Shown here: piece after piece, positions 30,459 through 39,900 of the stretch
Position numbering within the stretch: position 1 is the first letter of the stretch
Layout of the letters: each line of letters opens with the position of its first letter
Virus record (IMG/VR): IMGVR_UViG_3300028610_000868
Location: 1-56,787 of that record
Strand: one strand, 5' to 3'
DNA length: 56,787 nucleotides
Source: a virus
Taxonomy: Duplodnaviria; Caudoviricetes
Translations under genes and position numbers: made by a program
The notes under the pieces: generated by a model
The model's input: the letters and a program-made list of their open reading frames with translations, nothing else
The model's database searches: none
Told to the model about the DNA's origin: nothing

Positions 30459-31427
30459 ATGACAGATACAGAAAATCCACTATTAAAGAAAATAAGATTG
30501 CCGGGAAAAAGATTCAGACTCCCTTCCCGTGGGCTGTTTTACATGGATGGTGAACTAGATGAAGGCGTGATAGATGGCGAAGTTGAAGTATTTTCCATGA
30601 CAACGGTTGATGAAATAACATTACGTTCTCCAGAATTTTTGTTCAACGGTGAGGCAATCGAACGTGTACTTAAACGGTGCGTTCCAGAAATCAAAAAACC
30701 GTTGAGGTTATTATCAAGGGACGTTGATTACATATTGACATGTTTACGTGTTGTGTCATATGGTGGTACGTACCAAATCAATACTCATTGCCCGGAATGT
30801 GAAGACCTCCAAGGACGAACAAATGAGCGTAGGGTAGATGAGTTCCTTACAGAAGTTAGGGCGAAGGCAAACGAACAGGATGTTGATTTTGATCTTGCCA
30901 TGCTTGACGATAAGGTGCAAAAGAGATTAGAAACTCTTAGGGCAAAACGATCTGACGAACAAACATATAACGTGAATTTGGAAGGGATATTGCTCAATAA
31001 CACAACAGAGATATCTGATGAAGAACTTCTCAAGTATGATTTTATGCTATCTAATGAGCAAAAAATTCGCTTGACCCCAATGAAAATGGACAGTGCAGTA
31101 GCCACACACCAGTTTCAAAATGAAACAAACACACTAGATTTGAATGGAATTGAAGAGTTTGTATCCTTTATGATAGCATCCACTATTTTACAGGTGGATG
31201 ACATCACAGATTGGGACATGATATGTGAGTGGGCAAAAGTTTTACCTTTAGAACTTAAGAGAGAAATGGAAAAGACTGTGGAGAGGCTTAAGATGTGGGG
31301 TACCGATTTTACTTACAATGTGGTATGTAAAAACGAGGAATGTGGCTACGAGCGAAACATCAATACCCTTCTGAATCCTATAACTTTTTTTATGACACCC
31401 TCAGGATCGGAGGAGCCAAGCAATTAA
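30459..31427 (+). CDS. Baseplate hub assembly protein (gp26-like)
   Basis: NPLLKK, RLPSRGLFY, MTTVDEI, DVDYIL..LR..SYG, CPEC and C..C motifs, C-terminal NPITFF. Confidence 0.8.
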   Translation: MTDTENPLLKKIRLPGKRFRLPSRGLFYMDGELDEGVIDGEVEVFSMTTVDEITLRSPEFLFNGEAIERVLKRCVPEIKKPLRLLSRDVDYILTCLRVVSYGGTYQINTHCPECEDLQGRTNERRVDEFLTEVRAKANEQDVDFDLAMLDDKVQKRLETLRAKRSDEQTYNVNLEGILLNNTTEISDEELLKYDFMLSNEQKIRLTPMKMDSAVATHQFQNETNTLDLNGIEEFVSFMIASTILQVDDITDWDMICEWAKVLPLELKREMEKTVERLKMWGTDFTYNVVCKNEECGYERNINTLLNPITFFMTPSGSEEPSN

Positions 31428-31630
31428 CCGAATTGCTGACCAGTTTTGAGGGTCAAATTAGACATTTGGTCAAAGATTGTGTTATAATTTCCCATTACCA
31501 TGAAGGTGTGGATTATCATTCTGCGTTCGAACTTACACCATACGAAAAGCAAATCATTGCTGAATTTGTGGAAAGTGAACAAGAACGTGAAATGAAACTA
31601 CGCAGTGCGTTTCTTGGGAGAATGATTTGA
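31340..31630 (+). CDS. Small hub assembly chaperone (gp51-like), possibly expressed by -1 frameshift from the upstream gene
   Basis: GVDYHSAFELTPYEKQII..F pattern; overlaps the gp26-like 3' end in the -1 frame. Confidence 0.6.
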   Translation: MWLRAKHQYPSESYNFFYDTLRIGGAKQLTELLTSFEGQIRHLVKDCVIISHYHEGVDYHSAFELTPYEKQIIAEFVESEQEREMKLRSAFLGRMI

Positions 31631-32094
31631 AACTAGTTGTGGCGGGCGGTCGTAAATTTAACGATAAGACCCGCGTTTTCCGCATCTTGAATAAAATTCA
31701 TGCAGAACACCCTGATCTTGAAATTGTTTCAGGTTTAGCTAAGGGTCCAGATACCTTTGGTAAAGAGTGGGCCGAAGCAAACGGTGTTAAGTGCTATGAG
31801 TTCCCTGCCAAGTGGAAAGTGAATGGTGTTTTTGATCGGAGTGCTGGCTATAAACGAAATCGTGAAATGGCTAAATTCTCAGATGCGGTTTTACTTTTTT
31901 GGGACGGTATTTCTAAGGGAACGATGCACATGCGGGATCTAGGGTATAAACACAATATACCAGTTGCTATTGCTTATTATGATCCAGATACCGGAAAACC
32001 CCCGACAGTAACACCTAAGGGCATATCCAAAGTCCTCCGTGAAGACGAACAAATAACTCTTCGTAGGCACCGGGACAACAGAGAACATACCTAA
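31627..32094 (+). CDS. SLOG-family YspA/DUF2493-like nucleotide-binding protein
   Basis: MKLVVAGGRKF, IVSGLAKGPD, AGYKRNREM, FWDG.SKGT..M. Confidence 0.88.
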   Translation: MKLVVAGGRKFNDKTRVFRILNKIHAEHPDLEIVSGLAKGPDTFGKEWAEANGVKCYEFPAKWKVNGVFDRSAGYKRNREMAKFSDAVLLFWDGISKGTMHMRDLGYKHNIPVAIAYYDPDTGKPPTVTPKGISKVLREDEQITLRRHRDNREHT

Positions 32095-32109
32095 CTTCAA
32101 TCACTAAAT

Positions 32110-32859
32110 ATGGTTATGATAAACATCGTGGCCATAGACCCCTCCCTAACCTCAACCGCTGTTGTAATCAATGGCAAAGCATACTCAATCGCCTCCGAAG
32201 ATAAGGCCCTTACTAAGAAGAAAGACTTTACTAGATGGTTCGAACTGGCTAATACACATGCAGAAATAGTGGTTACATCAAAACGCTATAAAGAAGAAAC
32301 TGTATATGCTAAATCGGAATTAGCCAAATTGGGTGCCTTTAGAACCAATGTTAATGTAATATCCAAACTAATGAATATACACTGCGAAAACGGCAAAGCC
32401 ACTATAGTTGTAGTTGAAGGTTATTCATATTCATCTGTTGCTGGACCTATTATTGATCTAGTCACCCTTGGTACGCTTTTACGGAACATGATATACACTA
32501 GACTTAATACGCAGCTTGTGATATTATCTCCCAGCTCTGTTAAATCACAAGCAGCCAAACTTACATATCCAGCCATTAAGAAAGGCAAGAAGGTTATTAA
32601 GTTTGAATACCGAAACAATGATGGTGTAATCGGTGGTAAGTTCAAAAAACATGAAATGTATCGAGCACTTACAGATAATATTAGTTTGCAAACACCGTGG
32701 GTTGATTTTTTACGAGATCACCAAGAAGAGATAATGTCACTGAAAAAAGTACCAACTCCTATAGATGATATCAACGACGCTATGTTAATGTTCCATATAA
32801 CACAAAGTTTAAATGCTGCTGATTTTAATCAATTGGTAGATACGTTAAAATCAACATAA
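32110..32859 (+). CDS. RuvC-like (RNase H fold) Holliday junction resolvase
   Basis: VAIDPSLTSTA, VVVEGYSY, DDINDA. Confidence 0.8.
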   Translation: MVMINIVAIDPSLTSTAVVINGKAYSIASEDKALTKKKDFTRWFELANTHAEIVVTSKRYKEETVYAKSELAKLGAFRTNVNVISKLMNIHCENGKATIVVVEGYSYSSVAGPIIDLVTLGTLLRNMIYTRLNTQLVILSPSSVKSQAAKLTYPAIKKGKKVIKFEYRNNDGVIGGKFKKHEMYRALTDNISLQTPWVDFLRDHQEEIMSLKKVPTPIDDINDAMLMFHITQSLNAADFNQLVDTLKST

Positions 32860-32902
32860 ATTTGATCTATGTCAATTTATTATCAACTTGAAAATATTTC
32901 AC

Positions 32903-32930
32903 TTGACAAATTTTTCATTACTGTTAAAAT
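32903..32930 (+). promoter_or_regulatory. Sigma70-type promoter facing a non-coding hairpin/T-rich tract
   Basis: TTGACA-16 nt-TAAAAT with extended -10 TG. Confidence 0.6.
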
Positions 32931-33112
32931 GCTTTTAACCGTAGGTAATCATCCAGCTTTTAACTTCCATACCTCTATCTCTCCAAATTTGGCCTTCGCT
33001 TCGCGTTGGCCAAATTCGGGCCTAACTTCGTTTGGCCCCATTTTTGATTTTTTTATTTTCATTTATTTAGGTTATTTTATACAGTTTTAACAGTTATCTA
33101 AAATTTTTTCAT

Positions 33113-33141
33113 TTGACTAATTTCATAGTGTTTGGTATATT
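33113..33141 (+). promoter_or_regulatory. Sigma70-type promoter for helicase
   Basis: TTGACT-17 nt-TATATT; GGAG SD before ATG 33167. Confidence 0.65.
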
Positions 33142-33166
33142 ATACAACACTATATCGGAGACAGTT

Positions 33167-34840
33167 ATGGACACATCCCCACAGATAATTACCACATTAA
33201 CACCACCAACACCAAAAAATATTTGGGACCATTGGGCAATGCCGGGGTATGAACCCCGTGAATCACAGAAAATTGCTTTAGACTGGATGGCAGAACTACC
33301 AACTAAGAAAAGATTTATTCTTTGTCAGATCCCAGTTGGTGGAGGTAAATCACCAATTGCAATATCATATGCCAGTTTCTTAGGTCGTGGGTTTCTAGGA
33401 AGTTCTTACATCCTTACACCTCAGCGTATTTTACAACGACAGTACGAAGAGTCATTTGGTGATCAAAATTTACAGTCTGTTTATGGTAAGGCCAATTATT
33501 TATGCCATACCAAACCGGGGCTTGATTGTGACATAGGCAATGATATCAAACCCGCATGTGAAGACTGCCCATCCAAAATGGCATTTGAGGCAATCAAACG
33601 CACTCCGCATGTTGTATTAAATTATAAATTGGCCTTGTTGTATTCTGAATTATTTCCGGGTGAGGACACTGTGTTTCCAATTAAAGACTTGATGGTGTTT
33701 GACGAGTGTCACACATTAGAAAATAAGTTAGTCGATCATCGGGCAGTTGAAATCACGCGTAAGCGGTGTGACCAAATGAAATTGCGTTTCTTCAAGCCAC
33801 GAGACTTGAAAGAAGCACATGAATGGATACTGGACGAATATCTTGAGGCGATTACTGAACTTTTCCTTGAATTAGAGAAGTCAGTCAAGGCCATTGATAT
33901 TAAATATGAATTTTCACATGGCGGTTTGTTACCATCGGAACTTAATGCTAAACGAAATTTCAAGAAGATTGCGCGACACCGTGATCTAGTCAAGAATCTA
34001 GTGAAAAAGGATCTTGAGACGGTGGAGCAAAGGTATGTATTGATGACGGATGATACCCGGTTCCAGTTTAAGGAAATATATGGTGCCAATTTGTTCCGGC
34101 ATATATTGGAACCAAAAGCGAATCGGTTCCTGTTTATGTCTTCCACCATTTTGAATTTTCATGAGTTTGCAACCGATATGGGACTACCAGAGGACGAGGT
34201 GGCTGTTATTTCTCTTCCGTCTGAATTTGCAGAAGACTCCCGGCCTGTTTATTTCCACCCAACATCCAAGATGGCATACGGTTGGAATAAACCTGAAAAA
34301 CAGGCACTACGTACTAAGATGTCAAATAAGGTCATTGACTTGCTAAATAATAAGCACGGCCCTGACTCTGGTATTATTCATACTGGAAGTTTTCAAATTG
34401 CCAAGTGGTTAATTTCACAACTGAAAGGAAACATAGACCACGAAATAATTTCCCATAGCGGCGACGATAATGCTAGTAGGGACGATTCTTTCAAAGAGTT
34501 CACAGATAACAAGGGGGCACGACCAATGGTGCTAGTGTCACCCTCTGCTACTGAGGGGTTGGATTTGGTAGAAGACACCGCACGTTTTGCAATATTTGTT
34601 AAGGTGCCATATCCGAACCTAAGTGATGAATGGATTACTAGACGTAAAGATCTTTCTAGTGAATGGTATCAGCGTCAAGCAATGATAGCTATCATTCAAG
34701 GTGGTGGGCGTATTGTAAGAAGCAAGGAAGATTGGGGGGTGACTTATATATTAGATGAGTCATTCAACTATTTGTGGAGTCAGTTTAAAAGATTGACACC
34801 AGATTGGTGGAAGGAGGCGTTTTTTCTTCCACATAAGTAA
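33167..34840 (+). CDS. DinG/XPD-like superfamily 2 helicase
   Basis: PRESQ, PVGGGKS, four-Cys cluster, VFDECH, FMSST, EGLDL, KVPYP, QGGGRIVRS; start moved to ATG with SD. Confidence 0.9.
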   Translation: MDTSPQIITTLTPPTPKNIWDHWAMPGYEPRESQKIALDWMAELPTKKRFILCQIPVGGGKSPIAISYASFLGRGFLGSSYILTPQRILQRQYEESFGDQNLQSVYGKANYLCHTKPGLDCDIGNDIKPACEDCPSKMAFEAIKRTPHVVLNYKLALLYSELFPGEDTVFPIKDLMVFDECHTLENKLVDHRAVEITRKRCDQMKLRFFKPRDLKEAHEWILDEYLEAITELFLELEKSVKAIDIKYEFSHGGLLPSELNAKRNFKKIARHRDLVKNLVKKDLETVEQRYVLMTDDTRFQFKEIYGANLFRHILEPKANRFLFMSSTILNFHEFATDMGLPEDEVAVISLPSEFAEDSRPVYFHPTSKMAYGWNKPEKQALRTKMSNKVIDLLNNKHGPDSGIIHTGSFQIAKWLISQLKGNIDHEIISHSGDDNASRDDSFKEFTDNKGARPMVLVSPSATEGLDLVEDTARFAIFVKVPYPNLSDEWITRRKDLSSEWYQRQAMIAIIQGGGRIVRSKEDWGVTYILDESFNYLWSQFKRLTPDWWKEAFFLPHK

Positions 34841-34951
34841 ACTTACAGGAGGGACAAAGAGGGGGCGGTTCAGGCCGTCCCTTGATGGCTAAAGTGTCAG
34901 TAATGACGCATTAACCCCCAATATTGGACTTAATGCGTAACCTTTGCAGCA

Positions 34952-37192
34952 TTACACAGTTTCCACGATATTAGAAAACCCATCCTTAAGTTCAACAACC
35001 ATTCTGCTTTCAAACATACTGGCTATTTCATCCCGGTGAGAAATGATAAACATTGACATGTTATCTTCTTCGGCTATTTCCTTAATCATTTTAGCAGCAA
35101 GCTGAACGCCCACGTTGCCTAGTCCGGTGTCAAGGCACTCATCTAGCATACAGAAGGAGATCTTGCCGTGACGGGCCTGTAGAATGTCCCTGAAGGCGAA
35201 AGCGAGGGCTAGATTAACTCTAGCTGCCTGACCAGAGGAAAGGTTAGTGAAACCAAGCTCTGTTCCAAATTGGGATATTCTGGCACTCATGTCAGGTAGG
35301 AACTCAACCCGGTGAGGCAAACCAAGCTTTTCAAGGTATACCATAAGCCGTTTGTTTAGGAAAGGTAAACTTCTGTCTAGTAGATTCTTTCTTACGAAAG
35401 AATCCTTTTTGGTTAACAACTTTAGCAGGAACTCTTGGTGTTTGATTGTATCATCAAGTTCGTTAAGCTGTTTTGACTTATCATTGTCAAACTCAACTTC
35501 TTTCAGTTCTTTAAGCGTGTCAGTATGTGGATTGGTTTCGGCTATTAGTTCTGCAAGTCTTTCTTTGATTAACTCTTCTTTAGTGGCCATCTTTTCAAGT
35601 TCAGCTACTGAACTAAATAAGGCTTTGCTTTTGGTCTTTTTTATAAGCTTTTGTTGTTTGGCTATTTCTTTAACAAGGTCATCTATTCTTTCTTGGGCAG
35701 TTTCAATCTTTTCTTCAATGTCATCATCCACTTTAATTTCTTGGTAGGAATTAAGTTGGATTTGAAATTGATCGTACTGTGATTGTAGCTTGATCAAGTC
35801 ATTAGATGAAAGTTGATCACCTGAAGTCAGTTCTTCATGAGTTTCATTCAAGTTTGTTAATTCTTTGTGTGTTTCGTTTCTGGATTTAGTCAGATCCCCA
35901 ACAGTAGTATCAAGTTTCTTTTTGTCTTGTTTGGATGATTTAATCACCCCATTGTTTTTTCGTATAGCAGCTTTAACTTCTTTGGTTTTTGTTTCCACAT
36001 CAACAAAGGGTTGCTTGCAATACGGGCAGGTTTCATCACCAAGCTGTTCAAGTTCCTGTTTTAGTTTTTCGTTGTCATCTTCAGCGTCTTTGATGGTGGT
36101 AGCTATGGTGTGTATTTTTTTCGAAAGGTCTTCTATTTCTTTCCGGTTTGCATCCAGTAGGGTTTTGGTGTCTTCCATTTCCCCTTCAATAGTTGCTATT
36201 TCATTTAAGCGTTTTTGTTCTTTGTCAAAGTCTACGCCCCTTTCAATAGCTTTTACTTTTTTACGGATGTTATCTATTCGTTCACGATGTGCTTGAGCTG
36301 TTTCAAGCTTGTCGTTCAGCTCACGAATGTCTCTTTCAAATTCCGCTTTGATGTTCTCATCAGTTTTGACGGCATCCTCAAACCCGACAATAGCGGTCAA
36401 TCTGTCACGTTCTTGTTCGAAGTCAACTTGTGACATAGCACCGATTTCGTCTCCAGCAGATATGATCCTAACCCGTTGTGCCTCTTCCCATTCGGCTAGT
36501 CTAACTTTTGTTGCCTCTACTTGTTTGTCGTGGCGATCCATTTCAAGGCTGATCTGTTCTTGTAGATTTTTCAGGTGAGTGAACTCTCCCTTGGTTCCCT
36601 TTATAGCCTCTTTGAGGTTCTCTGCTTTATCTGTAAGTTCAGTGTAACCAAATAACTCTTCCATGATACTGGTTTGATTGGTCTTGGTTGCATGTCGGCT
36701 TGGTAGATCTAGGAACGGTTTGAATGTGGCGCTAAATACAATAATTCTAGAGAACACGTCAAATGGTAGTCCAATAATTCTTTCTATTTCTTTGTTTGTG
36801 TTTAGGATACTATCACGGGTTTTGTCATCGTCCCCAACAAACCAACGAACATCTGCTTTAGTTTTGCTCTTTCTTATACGAACAATCTTGTAAGTTATTC
36901 CATCTTTTTCGAATACAACAGACACTTCAAGATTTTTCTTGTTGATGTTGTTGATAAGACTTCCCTTATCCACATTGGAAATGGTTCTATCATATAAGGC
37001 AAATGACAAGGCATTCAATATAGCTGTCTTACCACTACCGTTGCTGTCAATTTGGCCATTCACAATAGCATCTAGGTTTTGACCAATGATAAGAACTGGC
37101 TCATTGAATTCAAGATTTATGACGGTATCATTGTTACCATATGACATAAAGTTACGTATGGTGAGTGTTTTGAATTGTACGGGAGTTGGCAT
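34952..37192 (-). CDS. gp46: Recombination ATPase subunit (gp46 / SbcC-Rad50-like)
   Basis: RNFMSYGN, NGSGKT, CPYC zinc hook, LSSGQ signature, LDE, ISH. Confidence 0.95.
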   Translation of the reverse strand: MPTPVQFKTLTIRNFMSYGNNDTVINLEFNEPVLIIGQNLDAIVNGQIDSNGSGKTAILNALSFALYDRTISNVDKGSLINNINKKNLEVSVVFEKDGITYKIVRIRKSKTKADVRWFVGDDDKTRDSILNTNKEIERIIGLPFDVFSRIIVFSATFKPFLDLPSRHATKTNQTSIMEELFGYTELTDKAENLKEAIKGTKGEFTHLKNLQEQISLEMDRHDKQVEATKVRLAEWEEAQRVRIISAGDEIGAMSQVDFEQERDRLTAIVGFEDAVKTDENIKAEFERDIRELNDKLETAQAHRERIDNIRKKVKAIERGVDFDKEQKRLNEIATIEGEMEDTKTLLDANRKEIEDLSKKIHTIATTIKDAEDDNEKLKQELEQLGDETCPYCKQPFVDVETKTKEVKAAIRKNNGVIKSSKQDKKKLDTTVGDLTKSRNETHKELTNLNETHEELTSGDQLSSNDLIKLQSQYDQFQIQLNSYQEIKVDDDIEEKIETAQERIDDLVKEIAKQQKLIKKTKSKALFSSVAELEKMATKEELIKERLAELIAETNPHTDTLKELKEVEFDNDKSKQLNELDDTIKHQEFLLKLLTKKDSFVRKNLLDRSLPFLNKRLMVYLEKLGLPHRVEFLPDMSARISQFGTELGFTNLSSGQAARVNLALAFAFRDILQARHGKISFCMLDECLDTGLGNVGVQLAAKMIKEIAEEDNMSMFIISHRDEIASMFESRMVVELKDGFSNIVETV

Positions 37193-38229
37193 TATAATCC
37201 CTTGAATATGGTGATAAGTTTATCGTTGTTAATGGCGTCTGCTTCAATCTTGCTCAACATGTTTATAACTAGATCTACTGTTGTATCAAGATTTTCCAAT
37301 TCTTCATTGTTAATATTAGTATCTTCCAGAGCAACTAACTGGTCTGGATTTTCATGGAGGTTTATTTCCCTGAGTCCATATTTTTTAACCAATTGGGTTT
37401 TCAGTTTTATGCTTTGTTCGTAGGTTAGATCTATATCAACAACACAATTGACAATGGCATCTTTTCTTAAAATACTGTCAGGGGTTTTTACAATTTCTGA
37501 TAATGTTGTTCTGGCATAACTTGGGCAATCCGGCCAGTCATAGAAGAACGCATCATCTAGCCCGTATTCATATACTAGCATACCACGTTTGGTATCGTTG
37601 GCATCACTGAAGTCAGCGGGGAAGGCATTTCCAATATACGTAATGTTTCCGCCTGACTGCCTTTTGTGAAAGTGTCCAGAGAATATTCTGGTAGGTTTTC
37701 TGAAATCATCTGGGTCTGGGCCGTGTTCTTTCATTCTGGTTTCACCAGTAAGTATGAATCCTTTGAATTCAAAGTGCCCAAACCATATTGGAGTGTTGAA
37801 GTATTTGGCTAGGCCAGCGTATTCGTTTTCAAATAAGAAGGGGCACATCAATGCTCCCCCACGCCCCAGATCATCAATGACTTGTGGGGTGTTGATTATG
37901 TTGAACCCAAGTGAATCAAAGAAATTCGTGGAGTATACGTCTCTGGTTGTACGGTAGTACAGGTCGTGGTTACCTACAATGAAATAAACTGGTAGGTTTA
38001 ACTCCTGTATTAACAGGGCACCACGATAGGCATAATCCAAGGTTAGGCCGTTAATAGCAGCACGTTGTTCAAACCAATCACCCATAAAGATAATATGATC
38101 TATTTGATCGTCTGACTTTACATTATCACAGAACCAGTTTATAAAGCGAAGGCAATCTTGGTTGTGCAACTCACTGTTGTTCTTTCGCCCCCAGTGTATA
38201 TCAGTAAAACACGCGGCTTTTCCCTTCAT
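37192..38229 (-). CDS. gp47: Recombination nuclease subunit (gp47 / SbcD-Mre11-like)
   Basis: TDIHWG, MGDWF, VGNHD, GHFE, SGHFH. Confidence 0.95.
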   Translation of the reverse strand: MKGKAACFTDIHWGRKNNSELHNQDCLRFINWFCDNVKSDDQIDHIIFMGDWFEQRAAINGLTLDYAYRGALLIQELNLPVYFIVGNHDLYYRTTRDVYSTNFFDSLGFNIINTPQVIDDLGRGGALMCPFLFENEYAGLAKYFNTPIWFGHFEFKGFILTGETRMKEHGPDPDDFRKPTRIFSGHFHKRQSGGNITYIGNAFPADFSDANDTKRGMLVYEYGLDDAFFYDWPDCPSYARTTLSEIVKTPDSILRKDAIVNCVVDIDLTYEQSIKLKTQLVKKYGLREINLHENPDQLVALEDTNINNEELENLDTTVDLVINMLSKIEADAINNDKLITIFKGL

Positions 38230-38700
38230 TTACTTTTTCTCTTTTTTTTCTTTTTTAAGTTCTTCCCTTTCTTTACGATAATCTTCCATGTAAGCATCCG
38301 AGGGTAATTCCCCCATAGAGATAAGTATAGCATCTCTGTTCAATCTATGCTTCTTTTCTTGCGAAACATATTGCCAAAATGTGTGTTTTATTGCTTGAGT
38401 GAAGTAAGCGAAGGGATTATCGTACTTTTCTAGATCAAAACTACGCCACGCCCTGACAACATTTGTCACTGCAACACTCTTCATATCCTCAATGTGGGGG
38501 CTGTAATCAGAGTATTCATATCTACTTCCATACCGAGCAGCTAAAAGCATGATCATTTTGGCGAACTCATCCGTCATTTTATCTTGTTCGTGGCATTTTC
38601 TAAGTTCGGCCAGCATGTCTTTGTTATTTAAATAATTTTTTTTCTTTTTTATCTTTGGTTTTGGTTCTTCCGTGACTTTCTTTTTAGTTGATTTTGCCAT
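38230..38700 (-). CDS. gp55: Late transcription sigma factor (gp55-like)
   Basis: NYLNNKDML, FD.EKYDNPFAYFTQ motif; beside gp47/gp46 as in T4; start trimmed to MAKS. Confidence 0.9.
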   Translation of the reverse strand: MAKSTKKKVTEEPKPKIKKKKNYLNNKDMLAELRKCHEQDKMTDEFAKMIMLLAARYGSRYEYSDYSPHIEDMKSVAVTNVVRAWRSFDLEKYDNPFAYFTQAIKHTFWQYVSQEKKHRLNRDAILISMGELPSDAYMEDYRKEREELKKEKKEKK

Positions 38701-38740
38701 GTTATTTACCATATTATTGTTTTTAGTTATATAATCTTGA

Positions 38741-38769
38741 AGTATATCACATTTTGTAATAAAGATCAA
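38741..38769 (-). promoter_or_regulatory. Sigma70-type promoter for gp55-gp47-gp46 operon
   Basis: Minus strand TTGATC-17 nt-TATACT. Confidence 0.55.
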
Positions 38770-38802
38770 TAGAATTATATATTTACAACTATTGTATGTG
38801 TC

Positions 38803-38810
38803 TATAAATA
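38803..38810 (+). promoter_or_regulatory. T4-type late promoter TATAAATA
   Basis: Exact match upstream of baseplate operon. Confidence 0.7.
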
Positions 38811-38837
38811 TTGTCATATGCCAGAGGTATTTCATCG

Positions 38838-39536
38838 GTGAGTGATTATTATCAAGTACGACTTAGCCAGTTTGCTAAAGACAAGGGGTCTGGAGCCAGT
38901 ATCGCTGCTGGGCGTGTGTTAGCCCCCAATAATTTTGTGGGTCCTATGACTCCAGATCAAAGGAAGAATAATGAGAATGCCACGGAACGGCAAAAGGTGG
39001 TAGATGGTGGTGTGGTTATATTTGATGCTTCTCCAACTTTAGCGGAATCAAGAACAGCGGAATATGTTGATCAAGCGTTACCGGGTCCAGTTGGTATAGT
39101 TGTTTATAAGATGACTGGTAATAGACGTTTCACTATTAGTGCTAAGTTTATATCTAGAACGATTGATGAGGCAGAACTGAATTATGGCTACGTTAATCTG
39201 TTACGATCTTGGATGATTCCCCAATCCCAAAGCGGAGCTTCGGGTGAAGGCAAAACAGGCAGGCCACCAATACTTCGTTTAAATGGATATAAAAAACAAT
39301 TTAACAGCATTCCGACGGTGTTGTCTGAGATGAGTGTTAATTATCCAGAGGATGTTGATTATATTGAAGTTCCAGATCTAGCCATGGTCCCCATTATACA
39401 GAGTGTTGATGTAACCTTAATTGAATCTCATAAGAGTACATCTACTCGTCTTAGTGATGATGATGCAAAATCTAACACGCAAAAGAATGAATTTAATTTG
39501 AAAGAATTTAGAAAGGGGATATTAGTAGGATATTGA
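38838..39536 (+). CDS. Baseplate tube-cap-like protein
   Basis: ESRTAEY, YKMT..R.FTISAKF, GRPPILRL, YPEDVDY, VTLIESH; GTG start with GAGGT SD. Confidence 0.7.
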   Translation: MSDYYQVRLSQFAKDKGSGASIAAGRVLAPNNFVGPMTPDQRKNNENATERQKVVDGGVVIFDASPTLAESRTAEYVDQALPGPVGIVVYKMTGNRRFTISAKFISRTIDEAELNYGYVNLLRSWMIPQSQSGASGEGKTGRPPILRLNGYKKQFNSIPTVLSEMSVNYPEDVDYIEVPDLAMVPIIQSVDVTLIESHKSTSTRLSDDDAKSNTQKNEFNLKEFRKGILVGY

Positions 39537-39537
39537 T

Positions 39538-39885
39538 ATGGTTTTTAAGCTATACACATCTAAGAGTTCGGTAAAAAAGAAAAACTCTCGTTATGTCCAA
39601 GGAGGAGTAGCCGAGGTTGGCGAACATTTTATTCGTTGGTGGGAACGAGATGTTTTACCAAGGGATGTTATATCTGACTTTTCCTTTAAGATCACCAACG
39701 TATATGCTGGTCATCCCGATTTAATTGCTTATGATTATTATGGTAGGAATGATCTTGGGTGGTTAGTTTTGCAATATAATAATGTGGTTGATATCAATGA
39801 AGAACTTGCAACGGGGGAAACAGTGATCCTTCCATCTAAAGATCGTGTGTTCTATGAGCTGTTATCACGTTCTGCATCAAGTTAA
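39538..39885 (+). CDS. gp53: Baseplate wedge protein (gp53-like, LysM-like)
   Basis: HPDLIAYDYYGRNDLGWLVLQYNNVVD, G..V.LPS. Confidence 0.85.
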   Translation: MVFKLYTSKSSVKKKNSRYVQGGVAEVGEHFIRWWERDVLPRDVISDFSFKITNVYAGHPDLIAYDYYGRNDLGWLVLQYNNVVDINEELATGETVILPSKDRVFYELLSRSASS

Positions 39886-39900
39886 AGGATAAGCAATCAT

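Noticed and set aside
32869-33090. 73-aa plus-strand ORF
   Set aside because: Phe/Ile-biased reading of an AT-rich promoter/hairpin region with no SD
34855-34900. Twister ribozyme suggested by GAGGGGGCGG
   Set aside because: The UAA cleavage-site segment and pseudoknot partners are not found in register
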